Below, piece by piece: positions 35,182-49,342 of a stretch of 64,000 nt of DNA. The stretch covers positions 4,118,439-4,182,438 of the forward strand of contig BFEA01000043.1 in assembly GCA_003427395.1 (NCBI GenBank). Reading direction: 5' to 3'. This DNA comes from Chara braunii (lineage: Eukaryota > Plantae > Charophyceae). The notes beneath the pieces are model-generated. The model worked only from the letters and a program-made list of their open reading frames with translations, searched no databases and had not been told where the DNA came from. The number at the start of each line of letters is the position of its first letter. The stretch's first letter is position 1. The translations under genes were made by a program, and so were the position numbers.

Positions 35182-38100
35182 TCCCCCCCCCAAAAAAAAA
35201 AGGATTGGGATCTGCTCCCCTTTATGCTGAGAGATTACTGCAGACTGATTCTAAACCTGCTTCCTGCTTGAGCATTGTTGTCATCTTTGCTTTCTGTTCA
35301 TCGGGCCGGACCCTGTCTGTCACTGATGCCCTCGCCTTCTGAGCACCCATATCTGGCTGTTGCACGCATTGGACCGACCTTTAGGGGCCGGACCCTGTCT
35401 GTCACTGATGCCCTCGCCTTCTGAGCACCCATATCTGGCTGTTGCACGCATTGGACCGACCTTTAGGGAGGGGTATTGGGTGGGGGGGGGGGGGAGGGCA
35501 GGGAGGGGGGAGATCGATTGTTTTGGGGGTGGTCGAGGGAGTTGAGGATGGTGCTACTGGGCTTGGTGGAGCTTCATCCGACTGGGCAGTCTATGTGCCT
35601 CCCCTCCGGACACCTTCTCCTACAAACATTAGATGTACATGCTTAATGCTAATCGGGGGAGACAAAGGTCTATCTCTACATGGTGCGAGCCAAGTATGCC
35701 CCAGTAGGTACATGAGGCCAATGAAAATTGAATGGAAGACCTCCTGAAGAAGTTCACGTTGGCAAGATGCGTTTTTTTTTGGGGGGGGAGTAACTTCAGT
35801 AGAGTCAACAAAAAAAAGGAGTTAGCTCCCACCACTGTTCTTTAAGAAGAAAGGGTGGGGATATATAGCGCGAGCCATTCGCTCAGCTGTGATGTGGACA
35901 ATCTGGGAGGATCGAAATATGATTCTCTCCAAGGGAGAATGGTCAACAAACAATACTATCAAGGTCCCATTTGCCTCCAAACCCCCATCCTTTGTCCTCG
36001 TCCAATGACCCCCCTCCCCCCCTCTCTCTCAGCATCCCGGCAGCCAGTGGCGGAAGAGATGAGAGGCAGACCAGACTCTGCCTGGGGCCGGACATAAATC
36101 CCGCTCACTGCACACAGCAAGTCTACGACTGGAGGCGGGGCCAAAATCCTGGCTAAGGCCTTGGGGCAAACAGGAGTGAATACAACAGGGAGGAAGGTGG
36201 GCTTGGGACTGGAAGTGCGGGGCGGGAACGGGTGAGTGAAAAGTCAGACTGGGGTTTAGGGTTTAAAGAGTTTAAGGATTAAAAATGGGTTAACAGCTAA
36301 AGAGACGAGGACCACAGCGACACCGAAGGATGACCAGCAACGGGAAAAAAAAGAGGGGGCAAGGGGAAAGGGGAAAGGAGGCACACCGACCCGGGTCACG
36401 ATCTGGGGGAGAAAGAGTGCGGATGGAGGCCTGTGCATTGCAGCGGCGGCAGCTCACCATAAGATACAGATAGCTGAACCAGGTGGCGATGGCGATAAAT
36501 GGGGATCGGCTGGACTGCTAGTCTACAACAGCGGGCAATTGTATCATGTTTCGTCCCACGTGGTGATGCGAGCCCCGCTGGGCGAATGACTGCATTCGAT
36601 ACTGGATAATCGTCCTAAAGCCAGAGTAGGCATTACCAGGTCCTGCACTGTATGTCCCCAGTCATCTCTGTTATACAAGTTCCACACACACTAGGCTTTT
36701 GTCAGTTTCTAGCTTTTAAAGGCTATTTCTGTTCACCTGGGCCAGAGGTTGTCAGCTGGCGGCAGTCACAACGGAGGGGAGAACCGTTATCTCACCATGG
36801 CTGTGCTCAGTTGAATAGGTAGGTCACTGGGGAACTTGTAGAGGATGTTGGAGTTAGCTCCCCACCTCTCTCTCGATGGGGGTTGGGGATATAGGCCGCA
36901 GGAGGCCAAAGGCCCTGAGTCTCTTACAGGGTAGTTGGAGAGAGGTAGAGTAGAAATCCTGTGCCGAATCAGGTCCGGGGAAGTCGTGCAGTAGACTCCG
37001 AGTTTCTGGGACGTAGGGGACATAGGGGACTGGTGGGTAAGTAGAGAGGGAGAAAGAGAGCATAAGGGAGTGTTAACTCTGGCTATCATCTTTGCCTATT
37101 TTCTTTTCTTTCTTTATTTTATTTTTTTTATTATTATTTTTTTTAATAAAGTCCAAGGTGTTGTAGAGGCTAGTCACTGAGTGCACAGTGATCACTTGGA
37201 GCTGTGAGCCACAGGTGTCCAGGAATATGAGACCACCTCCCATCCCATCCTCACGTCAATACTCCTAGCACACCCCCTATACCACTATCCTACCTAAGTG
37301 TGACCAGCACTCAGGACCATTGTCCTACCATTGGGTAGGCAACTTGGACCGAACAGCAGTGATAGGCACCAGGGCTGATAAGCTGCCCAGCCCTGGTGGA
37401 AGCGGAATCGGGCGAACCTTGTCGAACGGGAAGTTCGGACGCCAGCCCCAAACAATCTACCACAGGTCCCAATATATGGCCACCAGACATTTCTATCCGG
37501 ATGTCAGTAGGAACTGCACCCAATGACACCCTATCCAACCAACCTGAACCTACTGCAGATACTAGACCCTTATCCAGTGACTAGACCCCCCCAGCCTTGT
37601 GTATGTAGCCCATAGGTGATATGTAGTTCTATGTTATGTCCGAAGGCTATATATATGTGTATTCTTTAATTGTTTTCTTGAGGGATGGTAGGATTTGGTT
37701 TTCCTTTTTGTTGTGTTACTCGGGTACTGGTGGTCGTGTCAAAAGCGAAACTGGGTAAGGCTCCCAGCACCGACCATATTGTGGGGTGCCGGCCCTGTTT
37801 CTTTCCTTAATGCGTAATGAATGTGTCTTCTGTGAGGATCTGGGTCCTCGGCAGGCCTAAGGGCCCCCTGCTGCTCATGTGCCCGCCCTAAGTGAAGGCG
37901 GGCCTAACAAATCACGAGAGGCCCTCGGTTGTCAAATTCGTATTTGGGGTCCAGGCCGTTTCCTCGCGCCAGTTGGTTGAGGAAAACACAGGCCGAGCAG
38001 TGAGACTTTCGACGGCGTTCCAGGCCTTTCCAAAATGATGCAGGCCCTAGACGAATGGCAGCCTCGTACACAGACAGTTGGGAGGCCCAACCGAATGAGG

Positions 38101-38831
38101 CCCAGTAGCTGCAAGAGAGGCGCAGCATCCTGGGGCCTACCGGAAGCTTCTGGGCCCAGGCCAGTCCAGCCAGGCTGCCGAATCGAGGCAGGCTCTTTCC
38201 ATATACGAAAGAGCTCGCTGCCTGGCCAGGCATTCGGGCACTCGCATGCTCGTGGCAGCGCTGCTGGAGCTGAAGCTCGTAGGCTGCTGCTAGCGCTGAG
38301 AGGCGAAGTGCAAGCACGTGCGGTCGTGCAAGGAGGAGGGCGCTGCTGAGAGCAGCGCCATACCCAGCCTCCATAGCTGGCGGGCTTGGATGTACAGTGA
38401 GGGCAGGGGTGGTCTTCGGGTTTCAAGAGGGAAGACGTGGGAGTAAGACGAGGGAGAGAGAGAGAGAAGGATGATGATGATGATGTGAGGGCACATACCT
38501 GGTATTGGCGATGGTCTGCATGGGCGACATCTTCAAGTACTTCGGAGGCTGCTGACGTCAACAGTTGCATTGTCGATTAGTAGGCTAGTAGTAGTTGTGT
38601 AGGCAGTAAGCTGGGCGCCGAGCGCCAAGTACGGAGATAGGGACTGGATACATACATTGGTTTTCAGTGCTACGATTCTCCATTGGTGTCATATTGGTGC
38701 AATGCTGCTTTCTGAACACCGTGATACGATCTGACTCTCAATATGATTGTGCAATCTGAATATTGTCATCTCGCTATTGCTCATTTTCCTTGCACTTCTT
38801 TGGGGAAAAAAAAAAAGAAAAAAAAAAGGAG

Positions 38832-41800
38832 TTACAACTCGAAGTGGTAAGCATCCTAAATGTATATGCCCCCAATGAACCGATGGCGCGTCAAACCTTC
38901 TTCAAATCCCTTAAACCCAGGCTACCGGTAGGCATTCCCACGCTTCTGGTAGGGGACTTTAATGCAGCGCCGGACCGATGGCTGGACAAATGGAAAATCC
39001 CCACTCCTTGCCCGATTTATGTTGAGAACGACGAGAGGCTTATTGCGGAACTGTCTCAATCCCTCAACCTCTTCGATACCTTTCGCAGGCAATTCCCCGT
39101 AGACCGTCGATTCACCTGTTTCCGTAAGAACAGCACAGAAAAACATCTAAATCCCGAATAGACCTAATACTTATTTCAGAGGAATTTCAAGGGGCTCTTC
39201 AGTTAGTTGAGATCTTGCAGCCCCTACCCGGGTCTGGATCATGCAATGTGCGTAGCGATCCTTTTCTTCAGAAAAAAACGGATCGGGGTAGTGGGTTCTA
39301 CAAGCTAAACACCTCCCTCCTGACTATCAATCGCTTCAGGACCTACCTCGAGGAGGTATGGTCCTTCTGGCAGGAACAAAAATGCCAATTCCAAGACCAA
39401 ACGGTATGGTTCAACAACGGCTTGGCTTTCCTGGGCCGCAAGTGCAATGAATACTCAAAACTCCTCACGACATGGCGCCACACCGAAGAATCAAACCTAC
39501 AGCATCAACTGCTACACATGCAACTGCAGGAAACTGAGTCAGAGGACCACCAAGAGGAACTAGCCAGAACCATCTAGGCTATAGAGGCCCGTCTTGTAGA
39601 CTATATGGAATATAGATGGCAAGGCATGCGGATTCGAGGCAGACTCTCCAAACACAATATGGAAGGGGCCATGGATGCAAGGTTTTTTGCCATGGTCAAG
39701 GCGAAGTCAGGAAGAACGGTAATTGAAGCTTTGGAGGACCCCAAAGAGAAGCAAGTTCCTCTGCACACGTCCACAACCGCCTGCACAAAAATAGCAAGGG
39801 AGTTCTATCAAACCCTATTCACATTAGAGTGTGGGAATCAGCCGACCCCTCAGAGAACGAAGGAGATCGACGATTTCCTACGAGTGTTCAATAGAACTCT
39901 TACGGAATAGCAAAGAGATACTTTAGATAAACCCCTATCAAAGGAGGAAGTATGAACAACATTAACACAAATGGAAGACGAAAAAACTCCGGGTATAGAT
40001 GGTCTACCCAAAGAATTTTGGGTGTCAATGTGACCAACCATATCACTAGACCTCATGGAATATTACCAGGAGGTGTGGGCTTCAGGGCAAACCGGGGAGT
40101 TGGTGGGGCAAGGAGTGCTGACACTCCTATATAAAAAAGGGGACAAAACTAATATAAAAAATTACAGGCCAATCACCCTGCTTACGGTAGTCTACAAGAT
40201 GATGGCAAAAGCATTGGCCAATCGTATGGCCCCAATAATGTCGGGCATCATCCACCCAGACCAAATGGGTTTTAGACAAGGCAGGAACATCCAAGATAAC
40301 ATCCTCTTAGTAAACGAGATGATTAAACTATCCAGGCAATCCAAAAATAATGCAGCAATCATCTTCATTAACTTCGAAAAAGCGTACGATCACGTGGATT
40401 GGGTTTTTCTCAATAAGTGTCTGGAAAAGCTCAACTTTGGACCGGACTTTAGGCGATGGATAAAGATTCTGCATTCTAGTGCAACAACCAGGGTCTTGGT
40501 AAATGGCAACCTGGCCCCCCCCATCAACCTTCAAAGATCGGTCAGACGGGGGACCCCAGAGCCCTTTACCTTTTTGTAATAATCATGGAAGCACTGGCTA
40601 CTAATCTGAGAACTCACAAGGATATCAGAAGAATCCAAGTAACTGCAATCCCCACGGAAGCTATCCCTGTCTGCTCATTGTTTGTGGACGACTTGACCCT
40701 AATGGTAGACGCCTCCAAGGAATCAATGGAGGAGGTGCAACATATGATAGACCGATTCTGCAGACTGTCAGACATGAGAGTAAACTGGGGAAACAAAACC
40801 CAAGGGTGGTGGATCCACCATCAGGGAGTGAGACCTCCAGAACAACCCAAACTGAAATGGTTCCCAAAGGAAGCACCTATCAGAGTGCTGGGAATATCAA
40901 TGACGGCGGAGGGTAGGCCATCCATCAACAACGAATGGCTAACAGACCCGCCTCTCGTAAAAATGGCACTCTGGAAAAATAAACATACCTCGGTGTTTGG
41001 ACGCTCCCTCATAATCAATAATGTAATGTTGGCGTCGCTATGATACAAGTCAGCAATCTGGGCATTGGACAAGCATGCCCTGCGTCCTCTAAAGCGGCAG
41101 ATAACAACCTTCCTGTGGAGGGGTGACCACGAAAAACATAACGTGATTAATCGAGTGGCATGAAATTCAATAATCCAGCCTAAAACCAAAAGGGGTCTTG
41201 GCATCATTGACCCACTGGCACAGACCAAGGCACTCGCAATACAATGGATTAAACGCCTGATTTTTAATCTTGATATCCCCTGGAAAGGGCTAACCCTAGA
41301 ACAGATATCTCGACTGACACCCCAAACATTGGAAGGGAGTGACCCGAGGATGTGGCTGGAAAACAGGGATTGACCCATCCCAAGAACAAATCAGGTGCAA
41401 CAGGACTCCAACCAACACAACCCCAGACAAGCAGCAAGGGCGGATCTGCGCAATGACCCGTTCTGGCCCTCCATCCTTAAAACATGGAGGAGCCTCCCTC
41501 TGCCGGACAAAAATGCACCGAACAGATGAGAAGAAGTAGCGAGGCGACCCCTTTTTGGCAACAGATTGGTGGTAGACTCAAGGGGACAAACACTCCATTG
41601 CATGGACTCTCCTTGGCGAGGATGGGTCAAACGAGGGATAAAGAGAGTAAAAGACATATAAGACACGGAGAAAAAGGACTGGATAGGTCCCGACCAGCTA
41701 AGGGAGCGACTAAGGTACTGCCACCGGCCACAGGAAGCCCTAGAGGCGATTGTGGAAAGGATCCCCCTACATTGGTGGAGAATCCTCCACAAAGGCCCTA

Positions 41801-43470
41801 CCCTGCAAGAATCAGACTGGGTGGCAGTGAGGGGGAGACAAAGAGAAATAGGCAGGGTGGGCGGCTGCTCTCCGGATGGAACAGTGGCAGTAAACATCTT
41901 CCAAGTACGACAGGACAACACAATCCAAAAAAGCAATCAGGATGCAACCTTCGAATGTCACAAAGAAAGACTGTTCAGAATCAGAGTGCTCGAGGAAAAT
42001 GAACACTACATATCCTTCCAATCGGGCTCTCCGATCCATCATCTGGCTTTGGACCCGCTGGATTGGACACGGACAACCCATGTTGGGAAAGGAAGGAAAC
42101 ACACTAGGACATTACACGGCCTATCAATCAAGTCGACCTACAGGCTGCTGAGACCGACAATCAACCTCAAGGATCACGTAGAGGAACGCCGGAGGAACCA
42201 CCTAAACGTCAGCAAGGAAGAGCTAAGACCAATTAAGTGGTTCAAGATGGCCAAAGCGAGACCAGCCAAAATCGCCTCACTCCAATGGCAGCTTGAACAT
42301 CGCTGTTTACCGACCAGCAACTGGCTGATAGACAGAACATCCCTGGAACAGAGAGGAAACGCCCTTCCCTGGTGTAGGTTGTGCATTAACTCGTTCCCGT
42401 CCAGGAAACGACCAGAGACAATTGAGCACATCTTTTCACAATGTCCAAATGCGCTCTGGCTGTGGAGATGGTGGGACAAAATTTGGGAACAACTAGAAAC
42501 AAAACACCCGTGGCCTTGGGATTGGAGGGCGATACTGTTTGATATTTGGCCTAAACCCCACATCGACCAACACAATGAGTTTACAGACAATATGTTCAAA
42601 ATAGGACGAAGGGCGGTTCTCTCGGCACTCTAGAGACGGCGTTGTACCTTTGAAATGGAGGGAGCCAGATTAGAAGGGCCTGAGCTCACAGAAAGTATAC
42701 AACACCAGATTCAAACAGAAATTGTTGTGAAATGGGAGGAGGTCAAAACACGGATCAGACTCTTGGACACGCAAAAAGACATCCAACAAAAAATAAAGGA
42801 ATTCAGCTCAAACTGGCTTGGGGGACCCGATGGGGGGAAGATAGGGAAGGTAGAATGGAAAGGGGGACTTTTGGAATCAGGGGAAGACCAGGGGAGAACG
42901 GAGATAGTAAGAGACTGTCGATTGAGCTTCTACGAATGGACCAAGGTTGATGCGGCCATCCCCCTAAAACCCCCGGATGAATTCCCTGATTCCCCCCCCC
43001 CCCTCAAACTGCCTGGTGGAAATGATGTGGTATGGTGGATAAGGGGGAGAGGAGGAGGGTGTAGGAAGAAGGGAGAGAGGAAAGAGAGATCTATCTTGGA
43101 AGACGGGAGCGGGCAGGGGTTGGGGAACTAGTGTACAACAGCAGCAGATATGGCGCTGAGCACAAGGTGAAGAGGTTCTCCGACACCCTGCTCAGCCAAT
43201 CCCTTGATCCCCAGGGCAATCAATGCTGGCAGGGATCACTAGGCTCTCATGTTAGTCAGACTATCATCATTCTCAGTTCATTCTCAGTTCATTGTACAGG
43301 GACGCTGGACCCTTTTTCCAGCAGGTGTTGCTCCCCACCAATAGATGGAGCCTCCCCGACGGTGCTAGCGGTGTCTGCTCTTATCAGCACCTCTAGCAAC
43401 CGAGCGGGTTGTTTCCAAAACAAAACAAAAAATAAAAAAATAAATAAATAAATAAATAAAAAACAAAAAC
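38832..43470 (+). mobile_element. L1/Tx1 LINE D, 5'-truncated within the endonuclease, decayed ORF2
   Basis: YAPNE, VGDFN, YRPITLL, FEKAYD, FVDDL, ETIEHIFSQCP. YAATC motif at 43188-43233; module A at 43299-43408; (AAAT)n/A tail. Confidence 0.92.
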
Positions 43471-43830
43471 AATTGCACTATGGGGCAATATACAGTTTGC
43501 AATTGCACTTCGGGCACCCTACCTCGCCAAAAAGTTGGGTTGTATACATTGCCCAAACTGCACTTCAAAACTGTATCTTGGCCCATAGTGCAATTATAAC
43601 TCATTTTTGTGACTCCCGCCTAGTTTCCCCTTTTTTTTGGAAGGGGAACTAAGTTTGAAAACAGAGTTTGAAAATACACGTTGGGCAAGAAATAGTTTCA
43701 AATTGCACTTTGGGCAATTAATACAAGCTAGCTTTCTGGTCAGGTAGAGTTACTTGGGCGTGTTCACTGTGTTGTGTTCGGGGAATGCCCCGAAGTGTAA
43801 TTTCAAACTGTTTTTGTGACTGTACTGAAG
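43471..43830. mobile_element. Palindromic MITE-like element, left-truncated by LINE D, followed by a diverged relative
   Basis: Near-identity of 43471-43623 to 35030-35181; related motifs at 43660-43820. Confidence 0.72.
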
Positions 43831-46800
43831 TTACCCCCCCCCTTTTTTTTTCCTTTTGGGTCTTACAACTGATAAGACCCCACCCACTCTCTCTTGTCAA
43901 TTCTTCCTGGCCCACCCCCAATCCCCCAGCCCTCCCTCAGTGCCTACCACTCACGACCATCACCCTGTAGTTTTGCAATTCTTTTTTTTTTTTTTTTTTT
44001 TTTTTTTTCAAACAACTTCCCCCACTAGTGTTAGTGGTGCTGATAAGAGCAGACACCCCTAGCACCTAGGGAGAGGCTCCATCTATTGGTGGGGAGCATC
44101 ACCTGCTGGAAACCGGTCTAGCGTCCCATATACAGAAAGAATTTAGAGTATCTAAGAAAGAAAACTAAGGGGCTTCTGCCAGCATTGATTACCGTGGAAT
44201 CCAAGGGATTGACTGAGCAGGCTATTGGGAAAGAGGAGTAAACCTCTTCGCCCTATAAGGCGCCAGATATCTGCTATTCCAAAACTAGTCCCTCGCCCTC
44301 CCCTCCCACCCGTTAAGTACCCAAACTTTCTTTTTTGAACTACTGTTATGCAGAGTCAATTCCGTACCACTTCGTTTCCACTAGACAATTAGATGGGGGG
44401 GGGAAGAAGTCTGGGAATGCTTCAGGGGGTTTCAATGGGATCGCTGCATCCACTTTGGTCCATTCGTGGAACCTCAAATGATAGTCTCTTACTAACTTCA
44501 TTCCTTGTTGGTCCTCCCCTGATGTTGTGTATCCTCCATTCCATTCCACCATTCCTATCCTTCCTCCGTTTGCACCCCAAGCGAGCTGGAGCTAAATTCC
44601 TGGATTTTTTGTTTGATCTTTTTATGTCCGTTGAGGAGTTGGATTTGTGCTCTGACTCCATTCCATTTTGCAGTTATTTCTGTCTGGATCTGTTGCTGGA
44701 CACTTTCTGTGAATTCGGGTCCTTCCAATCTCGCCCCCTCCATCTCGAAGGTGCAGCGTCGTCTCCAAAGTGCCCAGAGAATCGCCCGTCGTCCCATCCT
44801 GAACATATTTCCGGTAAATTCGTCTATCTGGACTAGCTGGTCTTTGGGCCAGGGTTCACACAATATGGTTTTCCAGTCCCAGTGCCATCGGGCCTTCGTT
44901 CCTAGTTGTTCCCACACCCTGTCCCACCATCTCCACAGCCAGAGTGCACCCGGACATTGGAGGAATATGTGTTCAATTGTTTCAGGTTGCCTCCGGGAAG
45001 GGAACGCGTTTGTGCACAACTTGCATCATGGGAGAACTCGCCCTTTTTGTTCCAGAGACGTTCTATCTATCAACCAGTTGTTTGTTGGAAGACAGCGGTG
45101 CTCTAGCTGCCATTGAAGTGAGGCCAGTTTGGCTGGCTTTGCCTTGGCCATCCTGAACCATCTAATTGATCTCAACTCCTCTTTGCTAATGTTCAGGTGA
45201 TCTTTCCACCGCGCCTCCACTTGGTCCCGCAGAGCAGCTTTTGGTCTTAGGAGCATGTAGGCTGATTTGACTGTTAGGGCATATATGGACTTGGTGAATT
45301 TCTTGCCCTGCCTTCCTTGGGCTGACCATGACCACTCCAACGGGTCCAGGGCTAGATGGTGAAAAGGGGTACCGGGGTAGTAGGTTATCCTTTGCTCACG
45401 TTCATAGAGTACTTTGATTCTATATACCTCTTCTATTTGGCATATTAACGCTTTGTCGGATGAGCATTCTTGGATGACATTGTCTTGCCTCACTGGAGAG
45501 AGATGCACCACTACCGTTCCATCCGGGGAGCAGCGGACTACCCTGCCCACACATCCTTGCCGATTTTTAATAGCTACCCAGTCTAATTCTTGCAAGGTTG
45601 GGCCCTTACGGAGTATTCTCCACCATGCTAGTGGGATCATTTCTATAAGCGTTTCCAGGGCTTCGTATGGTCGGTGGCAGTACGACAGTCTCTATCGTAG
45701 CTGGTCGGGTCATATCCAGTCTTTTTTATTAGTGTCTCATATATCCTTTATCCTTATTATCTCTCTCTTGACCCAACTCTGCCAGGGGTATCTGTGCAAG
45801 GGAGCATCTAGCCCTTCAAGTCCACCACGCATTTGTTTCCAAAAAGGGGTTGGCGTGCTACTTCCTCTCATCTTTCTGGCGCTGTCCTATCTGGAAGGGG
45901 GAAACTTCTCCATGCTTTGAGGAGGGTGGACCAGAAGGGATAATTGCGTATGTCCGCCCTGACTGCTTGCCTAGGGCAGTCAGGACGGGGTTCCCTTTGT
46001 TCCGATCTCGGTCCTGGAATGGGTCATCCCCTGTTTTCCAACCACGTCAGTGGGTCGGTTTCGGCCCGTGTTTGTGGTGCTTATCTGGAGATCTGTTCCA
46101 GGGCTAATCCTCTCCAGGGGACATCAGGCTTAAACAGAAGGTTTTTAAGTCATTGTAGTGCCAACGCTTTAGTTTGTATGAGGGGGTCGATAATGTCATA
46201 GCCTCCTCTCGTTTTAGGTTGGATTATAAAATGCCATGCTACTCGACTGATTACATTGTGTTTCTCGTGGTCCCCACGCCACAGAAAGACGGCTATCTGA
46301 CTCCTCAGTGGGCGTAAGGCATTCTTATCCAAAGCCCAAATAGCATATTTGTACCACATTGAGGCCATAACCACGTTGTTGATAATCAGCGCACGTCCAA
46401 ACAGTGAGGTGTGCTTGTCTCTCCAAAGGGTCATTTTGGCCAGGGGCGGCGTAGAAATCCAATCATTGTTTATTGGCGGTCTGCCCTCTGCTGTCATGGA
46501 GATACCCAACACTCTGATGGGGGCTTCCTTGGGGACCCAATTGATTTTGGGTTGTTCTAGGGGTCTCCATCCTTGGTGGTGTATCCACCATCCCAGGGTT
46601 TTGTTTCCCCAGTTGACTTTCATATCTGATAGTATACAGAAGCGATCCATCATGTGTTGTACCTCTTCCATTGACTCTCTGGATGGGTCCACCATAAGTG
46701 TCAGGTCGTCAGCAAACAAGGAGCACACTAGGATTGCCTCTCTGGGAAACGCTGCAACTTGGATTCTTTGGATGTCTTTGTGGGCCCTTAGGTTGGCAGC

Positions 46801-47764
46801 TAGTGCCTCCATGACTATGACGAAGAGGTAAGGAGCTACAGGGTCTCCTTGTCTGACAGATTTCTGGAGGCAAATATGGGGGGTCAGATTGTCGTTTACT
46901 ATTACCCTGGTCGTCGCATTTGCGTGGAGAATCTCAATCCAGCGTCTGAAGTATATCCCAAAATTAAGTTTTTCCAGGCACTTGTCAAGAAAGAACCAAT
47001 CTATATGATCGTACGCTTTCTCGAAGTCAACAAAGATGATTGCTGCATTGTTTGGACTGCCTTGTTAGCTTGATCATTTCATTAACTAGAAGGATGTTAT
47101 CTTGAATATTTATGCCCTGGATGAAACCAGTTTGGTCCGGGTGGATGATGTCCGCCATTATTGGTGTCATACGGTTAGCCAGCGCTTTCGCTACCAGCTT
47201 GTAGACCACTGTGAGCAGGGTAATAGGTCTGTAGTTCCTGATATTGGTCCTTTCCCCCTTCTTGTAGAGGAGCGCCAACACTCCCTGCCCCACTAATTCG
47301 TCCGTTTGTCCTGTTCTCCACACCACATGGTAGTAATCCATGAGGTCTTGTGAGATACTCCCCCACATGGCTTCCCAAAATTCTTTAGGAAGCCCATCTA
47401 GGCCTGGAGTTTTTTCCTCTTCCATTTGTTTCAGTGTCATCCATATCTCCTCCTTTGATATGGGTATGTCAAGAGTTTCCTTCTGTTGTTATGAGAGGGT
47501 TTTATTTAATGGACGCAAGAATACATTTATCTCCTTGGCTCGTTTTGCTCTATCTTGGTCCTGACATTCTGAAGTGAATAGTGTTTGATAAAAACCTCTC
47601 GCTATCTTCGTGCAGGTGGCGGTAGATGTGTGGAGGGGCCCTTGGTGGCATTTTGGGTCTTCCAAAGCGTCAATTATCGACCTCCCTGTTTTGGCCTTGC
47701 ATCATTTTTTAGCTTATGTTATTCGGACGACTGATTCTTTTTTGTTTCTCTTGTTTTTGAAACT

Positions 47765-49342
47765 ATGGCTGGAGTCCCGCCTAACCAAGGTTGTTTTACT
47801 TGTGGATCTCTCCACCACTGGAGTCGGGAATGTCCGCAGAGATCTCATGGCTTCCGACCACCGGCCACAAGGGCAAACGCTATTCCCACTTCGACTCCGT
47901 TACTCGCTCTTCCTGCGCCTAACGTGGCTCCAGCTCCTGCGGTCAACCAAGCTGCCTCTGGTTCTGCGGGACACTCTGCCTTCAGCTATCAACCTCGTCC
48001 AAGAACAAATTGGTGGAAAGACAACCAGGAGCAGCTGGACAAGGTCTATAACAAGTTCATGGAAGATGAAGAGAAAGAAAGGAGATGTCAGGAGTTGGAG
48101 GAAAAAGACAGAGTGAAGAAGGAGGAGGAGACTAAACGGAGTGAATGGAAGAAAGAAAGAGAGCGGCTGAAAGCAGAAATCTCTGCCAAACTCGACAAAC
48201 GTTTCGAAGAGCTTGGTCTTAAGCAAAAGGAGACACAAGAGAGCAAGGGTCTATCCGATGAAGTCACGCGTTTGAGGAAGGAGAATGAAGAACTGTTAAG
48301 AAAGATCGGTGGCGTTGCAAGTAATTATGAGGTGGATGATGAGTTGGCACGCCTTAAACGGAAAAACGAGGAATTGAGGAAGCGGCGCAGTAGGGCAAGT
48401 ACTAGTCAGGATGAGGACTGTGTTTCTCGGCTCCAGAAGGAGATCTGTGAGTTGCGGAAGCAAGTGGGAAGCAAGCAAGTAGAGAGTGACGAGATTTTTG
48501 TATTGAAACAAGAATTGGGCGAGCTTAAACAATCAGCCTACATGAAGACTAACTTCGAGCAAGAGATCGTTGGGCTACGTAGGGAGGTGGACTCTTTACG
48601 CAGAATGAACGAGAGGGCGATGGAAGAAACCAAGCAATGGAAGGATGAGGCCCTGAGGCCGGGGAACAAGCGCGGCAGTGTGGTTGTGGATACACCAGCT
48701 ATCTCAAACAGGGGTAATCCTAAGCCGAGATGGACAAAAAGTATGAAAGATGACAACAGGTGGAAGGAGGAATATAAGAAACTACAAGGACTTCATCGAG
48801 TGGCGAACGCGCAGGCTGAACTCCTGAAGGAGAAACGAGCGACTGCCGAGGTGAAACGAATGGAGGCAGAAGGGCAAGTGAAGGAGTTGGAGGAAAAGAT
48901 GAGCCGCCTGAAGGCAGCGGAGGCTGGTAATGAACGAGTGGGGGGTGGTACTAATCTTAAGGACCGTTTAGAAGCTATGGCGTTAGGGTCAGCACGAAGG
49001 GGAAAGAAAGCGATGCCGGGAAGAGGCTCCTCGAAGGAAGACCAGGTGTCTAATGAGGTTAATGATCGCTTCCAATTTGTGGAAGAACAGAAAAAGCAAT
49101 TGCGTAATCTCAAGAAGACGAGACTGGAGCTAATGTGTAAGGAAGCAGGAATTCGGACGGAAAAAGTTGATCAGATGGTTTGCGAATTAGCAGAATTTCG
49201 GGTTGAGCAGGCTTTTGGGCCTATATGGGCTAAGGATCCGGCATCCAAAGGTAAGCAGCCGGTGCATGTGGTAGAGGATGATTCGGAGCAGAGGGATGTC
49301 GACACCTCTGAGGAAGGAGATGAGAGGTCAGTGGAGTTATGA
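47765..49342 (+). CDS. PLE ORF1: CCHC zinc knuckle and long coiled-coil protein (525 aa)
   Basis: CFTCGSLHHWSREC (CX2CX4HX4C) followed by E/K/R-rich heptads; the ORF is intact. Confidence 0.85.
   Translation: MAGVPPNQGCFTCGSLHHWSRECPQRSHGFRPPATRANAIPTSTPLLALPAPNVAPAPAVNQAASGSAGHSAFSYQPRPRTNWWKDNQEQLDKVYNKFMEDEEKERRCQELEEKDRVKKEEETKRSEWKKERERLKAEISAKLDKRFEELGLKQKETQESKGLSDEVTRLRKENEELLRKIGGVASNYEVDDELARLKRKNEELRKRRSRASTSQDEDCVSRLQKEICELRKQVGSKQVESDEIFVLKQELGELKQSAYMKTNFEQEIVGLRREVDSLRRMNERAMEETKQWKDEALRPGNKRGSVVVDTPAISNRGNPKPRWTKSMKDDNRWKEEYKKLQGLHRVANAQAELLKEKRATAEVKRMEAEGQVKELEEKMSRLKAAEAGNERVGGGTNLKDRLEAMALGSARRGKKAMPGRGSSKEDQVSNEVNDRFQFVEEQKKQLRNLKKTRLELMCKEAGIRTEKVDQMVCELAEFRVEQAFGPIWAKDPASKGKQPVHVVEDDSEQRDVDTSEEGDERSVEL

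Noticed and set aside
37904-38570. Possible host gene (212-aa minus ORF, donor-like CAG|GTATGT near 38500)
   Set aside because: GC-rich region open in several frames, with no recognisable domain or coherent exon chain.
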